From Spirochaetia bacterium (GTDB lineage: Bacteria; Spirochaetota; Spirochaetia; UBA9216), in NCBI GenBank assembly GCA_963675665.1, contig OY776510.1:704001-768000 (forward strand): DNA of 64,000 bases. The letters are read 5' to 3'. The notes under the pieces are model-generated. The model was not told where the DNA came from. It did no database searches and saw only the letters and a list, made by a program, of their open reading frames with translations. Position numbers and translations under genes: made by a program. Of this stretch, positions 1 to 8,488 are shown piece after piece (position 1 is the stretch's first letter; each line of letters opens with the position of its first letter).

Positions 1-152
1 TCTTGCGCTCCAAGATTATTAATTGAGGAAGAAGCCGCTTTGATGCCTCTTTCCAGCTCCTTCAGCATCACAGGATAGTTTTCAGCTATACTTTGAAAAA
101 TCTTCTCTGTATCATTAATAACCTTTTGCAGAATGTGGTTGTTCGAATCCAT
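1..152 (-). CDS. 5' part of a gene running off the window (MDSNNHILQKVINDTEKIFQSIAENYPVMLKELERG...), probably a chemotaxis-operon coiled-coil/MCP-like protein
   Basis: ATG at 152, 1 nt after the cheB stop; frame open to the window edge; product inferred from context only. Confidence 0.5.
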   Translation of the reverse strand, partial: MDSNNHILQKVINDTEKIFQSIAENYPVMLKELERGIKAASSSINNLGAQ

Positions 153-153
153 G

Positions 154-1239
154 CTAATAACTTACCGACTCCTTCAGCATTGCGGCCGGTATTTCATTCA
201 GCGGCAACACCTTATCTACCCCGCCTTTTTTTATGGCCTCGTTAGGCATTCCGAAAACGACACAGGAGGCTTCATCCTGCGCAATATTAAAGGCTCCGGC
301 CTGCTTCATTTCAAGCATGCCTACCGCGCCGTCGTCGCCCATTCCGGTCATGATAATACCTATGGCATTTTTTCCGGCATAACGGGCTGTTGATCTGAAC
401 AGCACATCTACCGACGGCCTGTGACGGCTTACAAGCGGGCCGTCTTTCACTTCAACATAATATCTTGCACCGCTTCGCTTGAGAAGCATGTGCTTGTTAC
501 CCGGTGCTATCAATACATGCCCGCGTAATACCGTATCGTTATTTGACGCTTCCTTGACAGTTACCTCGCAGAGCGTATTAAGCCGTTCGGCAAAACTGGC
601 GGTGAACTTTTCGGGCATATGCTGTACAATTACAATACCGGGGCTGTTTGCCGGCAGGGCTTCAAGAAAAGCCCTGATTGCTTCAGTTCCCCCTGTAGAC
701 GCGCCTAATGCTACTACGCGCTCGGTTGTCTCAATTATGCCGTGTCCGCCGCCGCCCGACAGGATTACATCTGCCGTAAGCTTCGGGGGCACTTTCATGT
801 TCAAGGGCCTCTGTCTTATATTTGCTCTTCTCGGCCCGGTCGCAGCAGCACTGCGGACCGCATCAGTTATGATTATTTTGGATTCTTCTATAAACTGTTT
901 TGTTCCAAGTTTGGGTTTTCTTATTATCTCTACCGCACCGCTTTCAAGCGCCGTTAATGCGTTCTGCGACTGATCTTCGGCCTGGCTTGAACAGATTATA
1001 ACCGGAATCGGATTGGTGCTCATTATTTTTCGAAGAAATGTCAGCCCGTCCATACGCGGCATTTCAATATCAAGAGTAATTACATCAGGCTTAATACTTT
1101 TCAGCTTGTCCTGGGCAATAAGCGGGTCTCTTGCAACCGCTATAACCTCTATATCCGGAGACGAGTTCAGAATTTCCGACATAGTCTGTCTTACAACAGC
1201 AGAATCATCTACCACCATAACTTTTATCTTTTCTTTCAA
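154..1239 (-). CDS. cheB: Chemotaxis response regulator protein-glutamate methylesterase
   Basis: N-terminal REC (VVDDS, DIEMP); methylesterase motifs [27 protein letters not shown]. Confidence 0.97.
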   Translation of the reverse strand: MKEKIKVMVVDDSAVVRQTMSEILNSSPDIEVIAVARDPLIAQDKLKSIKPDVITLDIEMPRMDGLTFLRKIMSTNPIPVIICSSQAEDQSQNALTALESGAVEIIRKPKLGTKQFIEESKIIITDAVRSAAATGPRRANIRQRPLNMKVPPKLTADVILSGGGGHGIIETTERVVALGASTGGTEAIRAFLEALPANSPGIVIVQHMPEKFTASFAERLNTLCEVTVKEASNNDTVLRGHVLIAPGNKHMLLKRSGARYYVEVKDGPLVSRHRPSVDVLFRSTARYAGKNAIGIIMTGMGDDGAVGMLEMKQAGAFNIAQDEASCVVFGMPNEAIKKGGVDKVLPLNEIPAAMLKESVSY

Positions 1240-1245
1240 GGCAGG

Positions 1246-2088
1246 TTACTCCTTTCGATATACCGATGCGCCGACATTTACAAGACGGTCCCGCATTCCG
1301 GCAAGACTCTCGGAATGCCCCAGAAACAGATAAGCACCAGGCGTCATATGGTTAATAATGCGCCTTATTACCGCTTCCTGGTTCTCTTTATTAAAATAAA
1401 TCAAAACATTCCGACAAAAAACAATATCAAATTTTCTTTTTAACCCGTAATCATCTTTCATAAGATTAATCGGTTGAAAACTTACCTTATTTCTGATTTC
1501 GGATTTAATTCTAACTTCCTCGCTTTGAGGATCACGACTTCTCAGAAAATATTTCTTTTTAAAACTTTCGGAAACAATTTCAATGTCCCGTTTATGATAG
1601 ATGGCCCTGCGTGCTTTTTCAAGCGAACTTTTACTGATATCCGTGGCAATTACGCTGTACCGGACAGGTTTTGCCCGCAGGATAAATTCTTCCATAAACA
1701 TTGCCATATTATAAGGTTCCTGCCCGGTTGAAGAAGCGGCCGACCAGAGGTTAATCTCGCTTCGGGTTCGGGTCAGTTCAGGAAGTGCCGTGTGAACCAT
1801 ATATTCAAAGTGGGCCGACTCGCGCATGAAATCGGTCTTGTTCGTTGTAATGGCATCAATCATTTCTATAATTTCTACAGCGCCGGCTTCCGTGTTGAAA
1901 ACAAAATCACAGTAACTCTTAAAATCTGAAATTTGATGAAATTTCAACCTTTTCTGCAGTCTCGATTCAAGAAGAGATCGTTTTACCGGCGGCAACTTGA
2001 TACCGACCTCTTTTTCAATAAACAGGCTGAGTCGGTGAAATTCATTATCACCCATTCTCTTTACTGTTGTGTTAATTGTTTCGTTCAT
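1246..2088 (-). CDS. cheR: Chemotaxis protein methyltransferase
   Basis: TTNKTDFMRE, WSAASSTGQEPY, ATDIS, FCRNVLIYF, LFLGHSES motifs. Confidence 0.96.
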   Translation of the reverse strand: MNETINTTVKRMGDNEFHRLSLFIEKEVGIKLPPVKRSLLESRLQKRLKFHQISDFKSYCDFVFNTEAGAVEIIEMIDAITTNKTDFMRESAHFEYMVHTALPELTRTRSEINLWSAASSTGQEPYNMAMFMEEFILRAKPVRYSVIATDISKSSLEKARRAIYHKRDIEIVSESFKKKYFLRSRDPQSEEVRIKSEIRNKVSFQPINLMKDDYGLKRKFDIVFCRNVLIYFNKENQEAVIRRIINHMTPGAYLFLGHSESLAGMRDRLVNVGASVYRKE

Positions 2089-4195
2089 TTAAATACGTCT
2101 CATTATTCAGAACTGATTTCTTAATCAGCCCTTCAGTATCCAAAATCAGTGCCACATGCCCGTCCCCGAGTATTGTCGCACCGGAAAACCCCTCTGCTCC
2201 CTTGAAAACCGACGACAGAGATTTAATTACCGTCTGATGTTCACCGACTACCTTATCTACACAAAACCCTATCTGCTTTTCCCCGGATCGAACAACCACT
2301 ATCTGATCAATATCAGGACGATCCGATTCAAGAGAAAATTCTTCCCTGAGATCAACATAAGGAAGAAGACTGTTCCGGTATGGAACCATCTTTTTTCCGG
2401 TCCTGGATCTTTCTTCACGGCGGCTCTCTACACATGCTTCCACTATAGCCAGGGGAAATATGAAACTGGCGCTACCGACATTTACAAGAAAACCGTCGAT
2501 TATCGCAAGCGTCAGCGGAAGTGAAAGAATAATTCTGGTATATTTGTTTTCCTCGCTCTCAATTTTAATATTTCCGTTAAGGCTTTCAATCTGCCTTCTG
2601 ACAACATCCATTCCCACACCGCGGCCGGAAACGCTGGTAACCTTTGCCGCAGTTGAAAAACCGGCGTTAAAAATAAGCAGAAAAAGCTCTTCATCCGATA
2701 AAACCGCATCGGATTCAATTAAATGATTTTTCACTGCCTTATCAAATATCTTTTCCCGGTTCAAGCCGGCACCGTCATCTTCTATTGTTATTCTGACCGA
2801 AGCTCCGGCGTGTTCCGCTGTAAGTTTGACATTTCCGGTTTCGGATTTCCCTTTTGCTTTTCGTTCTTCCGGAGTTTCAATACCGTGGTCGATGGAATTT
2901 CTGATTAAATGTACCAGAGGATCATTCAGTTTCTCTATAACTGTTTTATCCAGCTCTGTTTCTTCTCCGGACATTGACAGCTCTATATTTTTTCCCATCT
3001 CGTTAGACAAATCTCTTACAAGCCTTTTAAACCGGCTGAAAGTTGTTCCAATCGGTAAAAGCCTCATACTCATCGTGTTTTCGCGCAGGCTTTCTGTAAT
3101 TCTTCCCAGCTGCTCAACCATCGAGCGAAGTTCCGAATCAGCCATACCGCTTTCACGTTCAATCTGCGCGTGTACGGTTACAAGTTCGCCGACCAGATTT
3201 ACAAGTTCATCCAGCTTCTCGGAACTGACACGCAAAGATGCCGTACTCGATTTCTCCGTTCGTTTTTCATTTACAGTTTTGATAAAATTCTGTTCATTCA
3301 GCGCATTGTCGACAGCTTCTTCAGTTGCAACATTATTTTCCAGAATCATTTCACCAAGCCGCTTCTGTTTTTCAAGCAGGCCTTTCAGCGCAGTTTCGCT
3401 TATATCGCCCCGGTTCAGCAGTATGGTCCCCAGTTTGGGAGGCGCGCCGTCAAAAGTGGTGAATTCTTCCGCCGGAATTTCGGTAACATTCAATTCCGCT
3501 TCGCTTTCTACAAATATAAAAACGTCCCGAATGTCATTCTCTGTTTTATCGGTAAGCAAAAGCATATCCCAGCTTGTGTAACATGCTTCAGGGTCTATTT
3601 TATCCAGCGGGGGTATATTTTCAACATGGGGAAGCACCAGGTGTTCTCCGAACTCAGCCAGCTCTTCCAATAAAAGAAGCGGATTTGTGCCTGTTCTGAA
3701 AATCTCGGCCGAGGGTTTAAACCGTATCCTCCACAGGTTCTCCGCCTGTTTTTTTTCTTTAACGCTTTTATTTTCCGCAGAAGTTTCTGCCTGCTCTTTG
3801 CCGCTTTCCATCCCGACGGCTTTCTGAAATGCAGAAACAATTTCACCTGACTTTTTCACAAGCGCAGACTTGGTTTCGGGTTCTTCATCGGCTTCAATTA
3901 ACGCTGTGATATGGTCCCCCGATTTCAATGTCCAGTCAATCAGTTCGCTGCTGACCTTTATCTTTTTTTCCCTTACGGCATCAAGAATATTTTCGATATA
4001 GTGGGTAAATGAAGAGATTTCTTCAAATCCGAACATGGCTGAAGAACCTTTGATGGTATGAATTATTCTGAATACAGCCGAGATCTTTTCATTGTCTTCA
4101 GGGGCTTCTTCCATTTCAAGAAGTCGCGATTCAAGAGAACTGAGCAGCTCCATCGATTCTTCAATAAAAGCCTGTTTGAATTGATCAGAGTTCAC
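2072..4195 (-). CDS. cheA: Chemotaxis histidine kinase CheA with internal MshEN-like repeats
   Basis: Hpt (FRIIHTIKGSS), HLIRNSIDHG, DDGAG, SGRGVGMDVV, C-terminal CheW domain; start placed at GTG 4195 behind AGGAG rather than at 4282. Confidence 0.95.
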   Translation of the reverse strand: MNSDQFKQAFIEESMELLSSLESRLLEMEEAPEDNEKISAVFRIIHTIKGSSAMFGFEEISSFTHYIENILDAVREKKIKVSSELIDWTLKSGDHITALIEADEEPETKSALVKKSGEIVSAFQKAVGMESGKEQAETSAENKSVKEKKQAENLWRIRFKPSAEIFRTGTNPLLLLEELAEFGEHLVLPHVENIPPLDKIDPEACYTSWDMLLLTDKTENDIRDVFIFVESEAELNVTEIPAEEFTTFDGAPPKLGTILLNRGDISETALKGLLEKQKRLGEMILENNVATEEAVDNALNEQNFIKTVNEKRTEKSSTASLRVSSEKLDELVNLVGELVTVHAQIERESGMADSELRSMVEQLGRITESLRENTMSMRLLPIGTTFSRFKRLVRDLSNEMGKNIELSMSGEETELDKTVIEKLNDPLVHLIRNSIDHGIETPEERKAKGKSETGNVKLTAEHAGASVRITIEDDGAGLNREKIFDKAVKNHLIESDAVLSDEELFLLIFNAGFSTAAKVTSVSGRGVGMDVVRRQIESLNGNIKIESEENKYTRIILSLPLTLAIIDGFLVNVGSASFIFPLAIVEACVESRREERSRTGKKMVPYRNSLLPYVDLREEFSLESDRPDIDQIVVVRSGEKQIGFCVDKVVGEHQTVIKSLSSVFKGAEGFSGATILGDGHVALILDTEGLIKKSVLNNETYLNERNN

Positions 4196-4496
4196 TGCTG
4201 TTTCTCCTGATTGAATAAAATCCCTCAGTCTCTTCAGACTGAACAATCTTGAATCCATTGTTAAAAAGCTTGTCATACACATTTTTCTTCATAGTTCCGT
4301 TGTAATACAGCTTCTTACCACACTTGTCCCCGTATTTCTGGGCGGAAAGCAGCAACTGAATACCCGACAGATCGATTTTTGTAATGCCGGAAAGATCCAC
4401 AACCGGGTTATCTGCTTCTTTTATCAAGTTTTTAAGCTGATCCGCCGCAGATTTGGCATTTGCAATTGTAAAATCAGTTTCAAAGTCTTTTTTCAT
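4185..4496 (-). CDS. STAS-domain protein, first gene of the che operon
   Basis: VDLSGITKIDLSGIQLLLS STAS motif; position directly before cheA. Confidence 0.85.
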   Translation of the reverse strand: MKKDFETDFTIANAKSAADQLKNLIKEADNPVVDLSGITKIDLSGIQLLLSAQKYGDKCGKKLYYNGTMKKNVYDKLFNNGFKIVQSEETEGFYSIRRNSSEL

Positions 4497-4620
4497 ACGA
4501 TCCTTCTCTATGAGGAAATAAGGAAACTCCAGGGAACCACTGATAAGCCAAATTCAAGGTGATTAGTAGTTCCATGCTTTAATTATTATTAAAAAACTAT
4601 TTAAAGTCAAAAAAGAAAAT

Positions 4621-4653
4621 AAAAAAATGCAGCACAGATACCTCCGTGCTGCA
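4621..4653 (-). terminator. Intrinsic terminator after the vWA gene
   Basis: TGCAGCAC/GTGCTGCA stem followed by a T-tract on the minus strand. Confidence 0.75.
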
Positions 4654-4668
4654 AAAAAACCCTGGTTA

Positions 4669-6690
4669 TCAGTACATCAGTTCTTTTGTTCTGTTCAGCA
4701 GTTCGATAAACTCCTGCCGGTAACCGTAACGATCATCTCCTTTTGCACCGGCTGCCCGGATAATAACATCATCTATATCAGCTTCGGGAATATATTCGGA
4801 ACCCCGCAGAATCATTCCCCATTCGGCAACCGCCGATGAAAAAAGGAAGTTGTTCGACGCTTCGGATAAAGGTTCCGGGCGGTTTTCTATAATTGTTTTA
4901 ACCAGAATGCTCTGTTCCTCATCCGGTCGTTTGTAACGGAATTTTATATCCGCCAGATCGGACGAGTCATTCGTACCCGGTATAATCTCGTATAATACGG
5001 TTATACTGTGCCCGGCACCGATTTCTCCCGCATCCTTTTTATCATCATCGAAATCTTCGGATGCCATCACCCGGTTTTCATACCCGACAAGACGATATGA
5101 ATCAACCGCGTCCGAATTAAAATCTATCTGTATTTTAACATCCTTTGCAATCGTCAGCAGGGTGCTGCTTAATTCCGTTACAAGAACCTTGTTCGCCTCG
5201 TTCAGTGTGTCTATGTATGCATAATTTCCGTTTCCGTTATCCGCGAGGGCTTCCATCCGCGCATCCTTGTAATTTCCCATACCGAGCCCGAGAACAGTCA
5301 GAAATATACCCTGGTCCCTGCGTTCTTCAATCATGTCCTTCAGTTCTGCTTCAGAACTCTGTCCGACATTGAAATCTCCGTCCGTAGCCAGAATAACCCT
5401 GTTGTTGCCGTCGGGAAAAAGGTTCCTTGCGGCAGTTTTATACGCCAGGTCAATTCCTTCGCCGCCGGCGGTTGATCCGCCCGCTTCAAGTTTGTCTAAT
5501 GCGCCGAGAATTTCAGCCTTCCGTGTTCCCGCTGTGGGCGGCAGAACAAGTCCTGCCGATCCGGCATAGGCAACAATGGACACTCGATCTTCCTGCCGCA
5601 GATTGTCAATCAGCAATGAAAGCGAATCTTTCAAAAGCGGCAGTTTGTTTTCATCCTGCATCGAACCCGAAGAATCAATAAGAAACACAATATTTGTGCG
5701 CGGCAGTTCTTCCCTGCTTACTTCATACCCCTGCAGACCTATATGCAGAAGCCGGTGGTCCCGGTTCCACGGACATACCGAAAGTTCGGTTGTAAAACTG
5801 AACGGGGTATTATCAGAAGGCTGAGGATAGTCATAATCAAAATAATTAATCAGCTCCTCAATTCGGACAGCATCCGGATCAGGCAGAAACCCGCTGTTAA
5901 TGAATCTTCTTGTATTCGAATATGACGCAGTATCCACATCAATTGAAAAAGTGGAGAGCGGCTCATCAGAAGTTCTGATAAAATCGTTTTCGGTTATGGG
6001 TTTATACTCCTCTCCTCCGAAAACCCCTTCAGTTTCATCATTCAAAGGCATTTCCAGCTCTTCAGAATCATATTCCATCTTTGCCGATGAAGCCACATCA
6101 AAAAACAAATCATCGGCTTCCGGCATTACAGGAGCTGCTGCAGACACCGAAGAGGCGGCGTCCCTTCGTTCAGAAGCCGAAACAATAACGCTGTCAGGGG
6201 GGGCCTGCGGTTTTTCGGATTTCTTATTCTCAGCCGGAACCGTTTGCGATAAAGCCTCAGTATGGGCCTCTTTACCGGGAGAAACAGCTTTTTCATCAGT
6301 CTTCGCAAAAAGTTCAACTGACTCTTCCCTGTAGGGTTCCTCGTAGGCCTGTTCAGAGGCAGTCATACGATCAGGACTCATCACATCTGCTATGAACCCC
6401 GGTCTGACTGCAAATGAAAGCGCTACAATGACTGCGGCAGCTATGCCGGCGGCGCTCACTACAGCTTTCCTGTGAATAATAAAAAATCCTGCCCGGGTTT
6501 TTTCTTCTTTTTTCTTTTCCGCCAGCCTTTCCAGTAATTCCGACCTCAGTCTTTCCTTGAAATCTTCATCATATTCCGCTTCAGGCTTCTGTTCGGCGAA
6601 TTTTTTAATTATTTTTTTCAACTCAGCCTCCTCCGATCGCAACGCAGGATCAAGTCTGTATAAATCTTCAAGAATCTTTTTAATATCCAT
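4669..6690 (-). CDS. Membrane-anchored YfbK-type von Willebrand factor A protein, putative anti-sigma/sensor
   Basis: N-terminal charged domain, one TM segment, low-complexity linker, STFSIDVDTASY, MIDAS DSSGSM, ATDGDFNVG; start ATG 6690 behind AAGGAG. Confidence 0.88.
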   Translation of the reverse strand: MDIKKILEDLYRLDPALRSEEAELKKIIKKFAEQKPEAEYDEDFKERLRSELLERLAEKKKEEKTRAGFFIIHRKAVVSAAGIAAAVIVALSFAVRPGFIADVMSPDRMTASEQAYEEPYREESVELFAKTDEKAVSPGKEAHTEALSQTVPAENKKSEKPQAPPDSVIVSASERRDAASSVSAAAPVMPEADDLFFDVASSAKMEYDSEELEMPLNDETEGVFGGEEYKPITENDFIRTSDEPLSTFSIDVDTASYSNTRRFINSGFLPDPDAVRIEELINYFDYDYPQPSDNTPFSFTTELSVCPWNRDHRLLHIGLQGYEVSREELPRTNIVFLIDSSGSMQDENKLPLLKDSLSLLIDNLRQEDRVSIVAYAGSAGLVLPPTAGTRKAEILGALDKLEAGGSTAGGEGIDLAYKTAARNLFPDGNNRVILATDGDFNVGQSSEAELKDMIEERRDQGIFLTVLGLGMGNYKDARMEALADNGNGNYAYIDTLNEANKVLVTELSSTLLTIAKDVKIQIDFNSDAVDSYRLVGYENRVMASEDFDDDKKDAGEIGAGHSITVLYEIIPGTNDSSDLADIKFRYKRPDEEQSILVKTIIENRPEPLSEASNNFLFSSAVAEWGMILRGSEYIPEADIDDVIIRAAGAKGDDRYGYRQEFIELLNRTKELMY

Positions 6691-6701
6691 CTTCGTCTCC
6701 T

Positions 6702-7274
6702 TCAAATCACAGTTTTTCCAAAGATGACGAACAGTATCAGAATTGAAAAAGGCACGGAATCTCTAAGCAGTTTAAGCGTTCGGCTGAATCCCATCTTGCA
6801 TGAGGCTTCGGATTTTCCGGTCAGCTCCGCAATCTCACGGAAGCTGAGTTCGTCCCAGACCCTCATAATTATCAGGTTTCGATTGTCAGCAGGAAGACTG
6901 TCCAGCACCGGCTTAAGCTTTTCCCAGTAAAGCCTGTTATGCACATCAACTACATGATCTTCGTTAGAAGGCACATCCCAGACGCCGGAATGAAATTCGA
7001 GTCTGCCGGCAGTTCGAAAATAATCCGTAATTGAGTTGGAAGCTATCCGGTACAGCCATCCGCTGAAAGCGCCTTTTTCGGGCTTGTACGTTTCAAGCCT
7101 GTCCAGTGCTTTCAGAAATGTTTTTGAACACAGATCTTCCGCCGTTTCACGGTTTAATGTTCGGTAATAGATATAACGGTATATCCGGTCAAAAAACATT
7201 TCATACAGCTTCCCGAAGGCTCCAGAATTTCCTTCTGCAGCTGATAGTGCCAGTTTTTCAGGATTATTCTCCAT
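6702..7274 (-). CDS. ECF sigma-70 factor with hydrophobic C-terminal tail
   Basis: AEDL..KTFLKAL, FSGWLYRIA, LSFREIAE; start at MENN behind AAGGA. Confidence 0.9.
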   Translation of the reverse strand: MENNPEKLALSAAEGNSGAFGKLYEMFFDRIYRYIYYRTLNRETAEDLCSKTFLKALDRLETYKPEKGAFSGWLYRIASNSITDYFRTAGRLEFHSGVWDVPSNEDHVVDVHNRLYWEKLKPVLDSLPADNRNLIIMRVWDELSFREIAELTGKSEASCKMGFSRTLKLLRDSVPFSILILFVIFGKTVI

Positions 7275-7310
7275 GCATTTCACATCCTTTTTTCTGTTCG
7301 TCAATTATAC

Positions 7311-7336
7311 TACGCAGTTTCTGCAATGTGGTAACA
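7311..7336 (-). promoter_or_regulatory. Putative autoregulatory ECF promoter TGTTAC-N16-CGTA
   Basis: ECF-type -35/-10 pair with 16-nt spacer just upstream of the ECF gene. Confidence 0.5.
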
Positions 7337-7488
7337 CAGAAAATTAAAAAATTTGAACCCTGTCAGTTTTTTATATATATTATTATCTATATATCAATCG
7401 CATTCATACACTGAAAAAAAGATTTTTCCTTCTTTTTTAAATTGAATTGTGGTAAATTCTTATAGTAATAAACAGAGGAGAATAACAA

Positions 7489-8433
7489 ATGAGAAAGATA
7501 GTTATTGTCGGCTCCGGCCCAGCCGGACATACTGCCGGAATATATGCGGCCCGCGCAGGGCTCGAACCGCTTCTGTATGAAGGTTGGATGGCGGGGGGAA
7601 TTGCTCCCGGAGGACAGCTCACAACAACCGGCTCGGTTGAAAATTTTCCGGGTTTTCCGGACGGGGTCGGAGGAACCGAACTGACTATGATGATGCGGGC
7701 CCAGTCGGTCAATACCGGTGTAGAAATTCTCACGGAAACAGTTGAATCCGCAGATCTGTCAAAGCGACCATTCAGGATTAAAACCTCTGATTCGGAAGTT
7801 GAAGCAGAGACAGTAATAATTGCAACCGGTGCAATAGCCAGACGGATGAGAGTCCCGCACGAAGACGACTTCTGGCAGCGCGGCATTTCCGCATGTGCCG
7901 TATGCGACGGGGCCCTGCCGGTATTCAGAGACCAGCCCCTTGTCGTAATCGGCGGCGGAGATTCCGCAATGGAAGAAGCAATGCATTTGTCCAAATTCGG
8001 CAGCAAGGTATATATTGTACACCGCCGGGACCAGCTCCGCGCCAGCAAAGCCATGCAGGAGCGTGTCCTTGCAAACCCTAAAATAGAAGTTCTTTGGAGC
8101 ACAACCCTCGTTGATGTAAAGGGAGACAAGGCTTTAACCCATGTGGTGCTTCAGGATGTTAAAACCGGCCGTGAATACGATCATGAAGCCAAAGGATTGT
8201 TTTACGCAATCGGGCACAAGCCCAATACGGATTTTCTCGCCGGTCAGCTGAAAACAGACGATGAAAGCTATATAATCACTGTAGCAGGTTCAACCGCAAC
8301 CTCGGTTCCGGGTGTTTTTGCAGCCGGAGATGTTCAGGATAAAAAATTCAGACAGGCAATAACTTCTGCCGGAACAGGGTGTATGGCCGCGCTTGAAGCT
8401 GAAAAGTTTTTAAATGAGAACCCTCTGCAATAA
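7489..8433 (+). CDS. trxB: Thioredoxin-disulfide reductase
   Basis: GSGPAG, GGQLTTT, CAVC redox motif, GGGDSAMEEA, HRRD, FAAGDV; GAGGAG RBS. Confidence 0.97.
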   Translation: MRKIVIVGSGPAGHTAGIYAARAGLEPLLYEGWMAGGIAPGGQLTTTGSVENFPGFPDGVGGTELTMMMRAQSVNTGVEILTETVESADLSKRPFRIKTSDSEVEAETVIIATGAIARRMRVPHEDDFWQRGISACAVCDGALPVFRDQPLVVIGGGDSAMEEAMHLSKFGSKVYIVHRRDQLRASKAMQERVLANPKIEVLWSTTLVDVKGDKALTHVVLQDVKTGREYDHEAKGLFYAIGHKPNTDFLAGQLKTDDESYIITVAGSTATSVPGVFAAGDVQDKKFRQAITSAGTGCMAALEAEKFLNENPLQ

Positions 8434-8488
8434 TTATATTAAAGTTAAGAGGCTGTTCAGCCGATAATGATTCGGGGAGTGCTGTTTA

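Noticed and set aside
2826-3673. Long + strand ORFs (251 aa and 167 aa) inside cheA
   Set aside because: Antisense shadows of a well-supported gene; no motifs or RBS
7437-8129. 230-aa minus-strand ORF
   Set aside because: Antisense to trxB; shadow ORF
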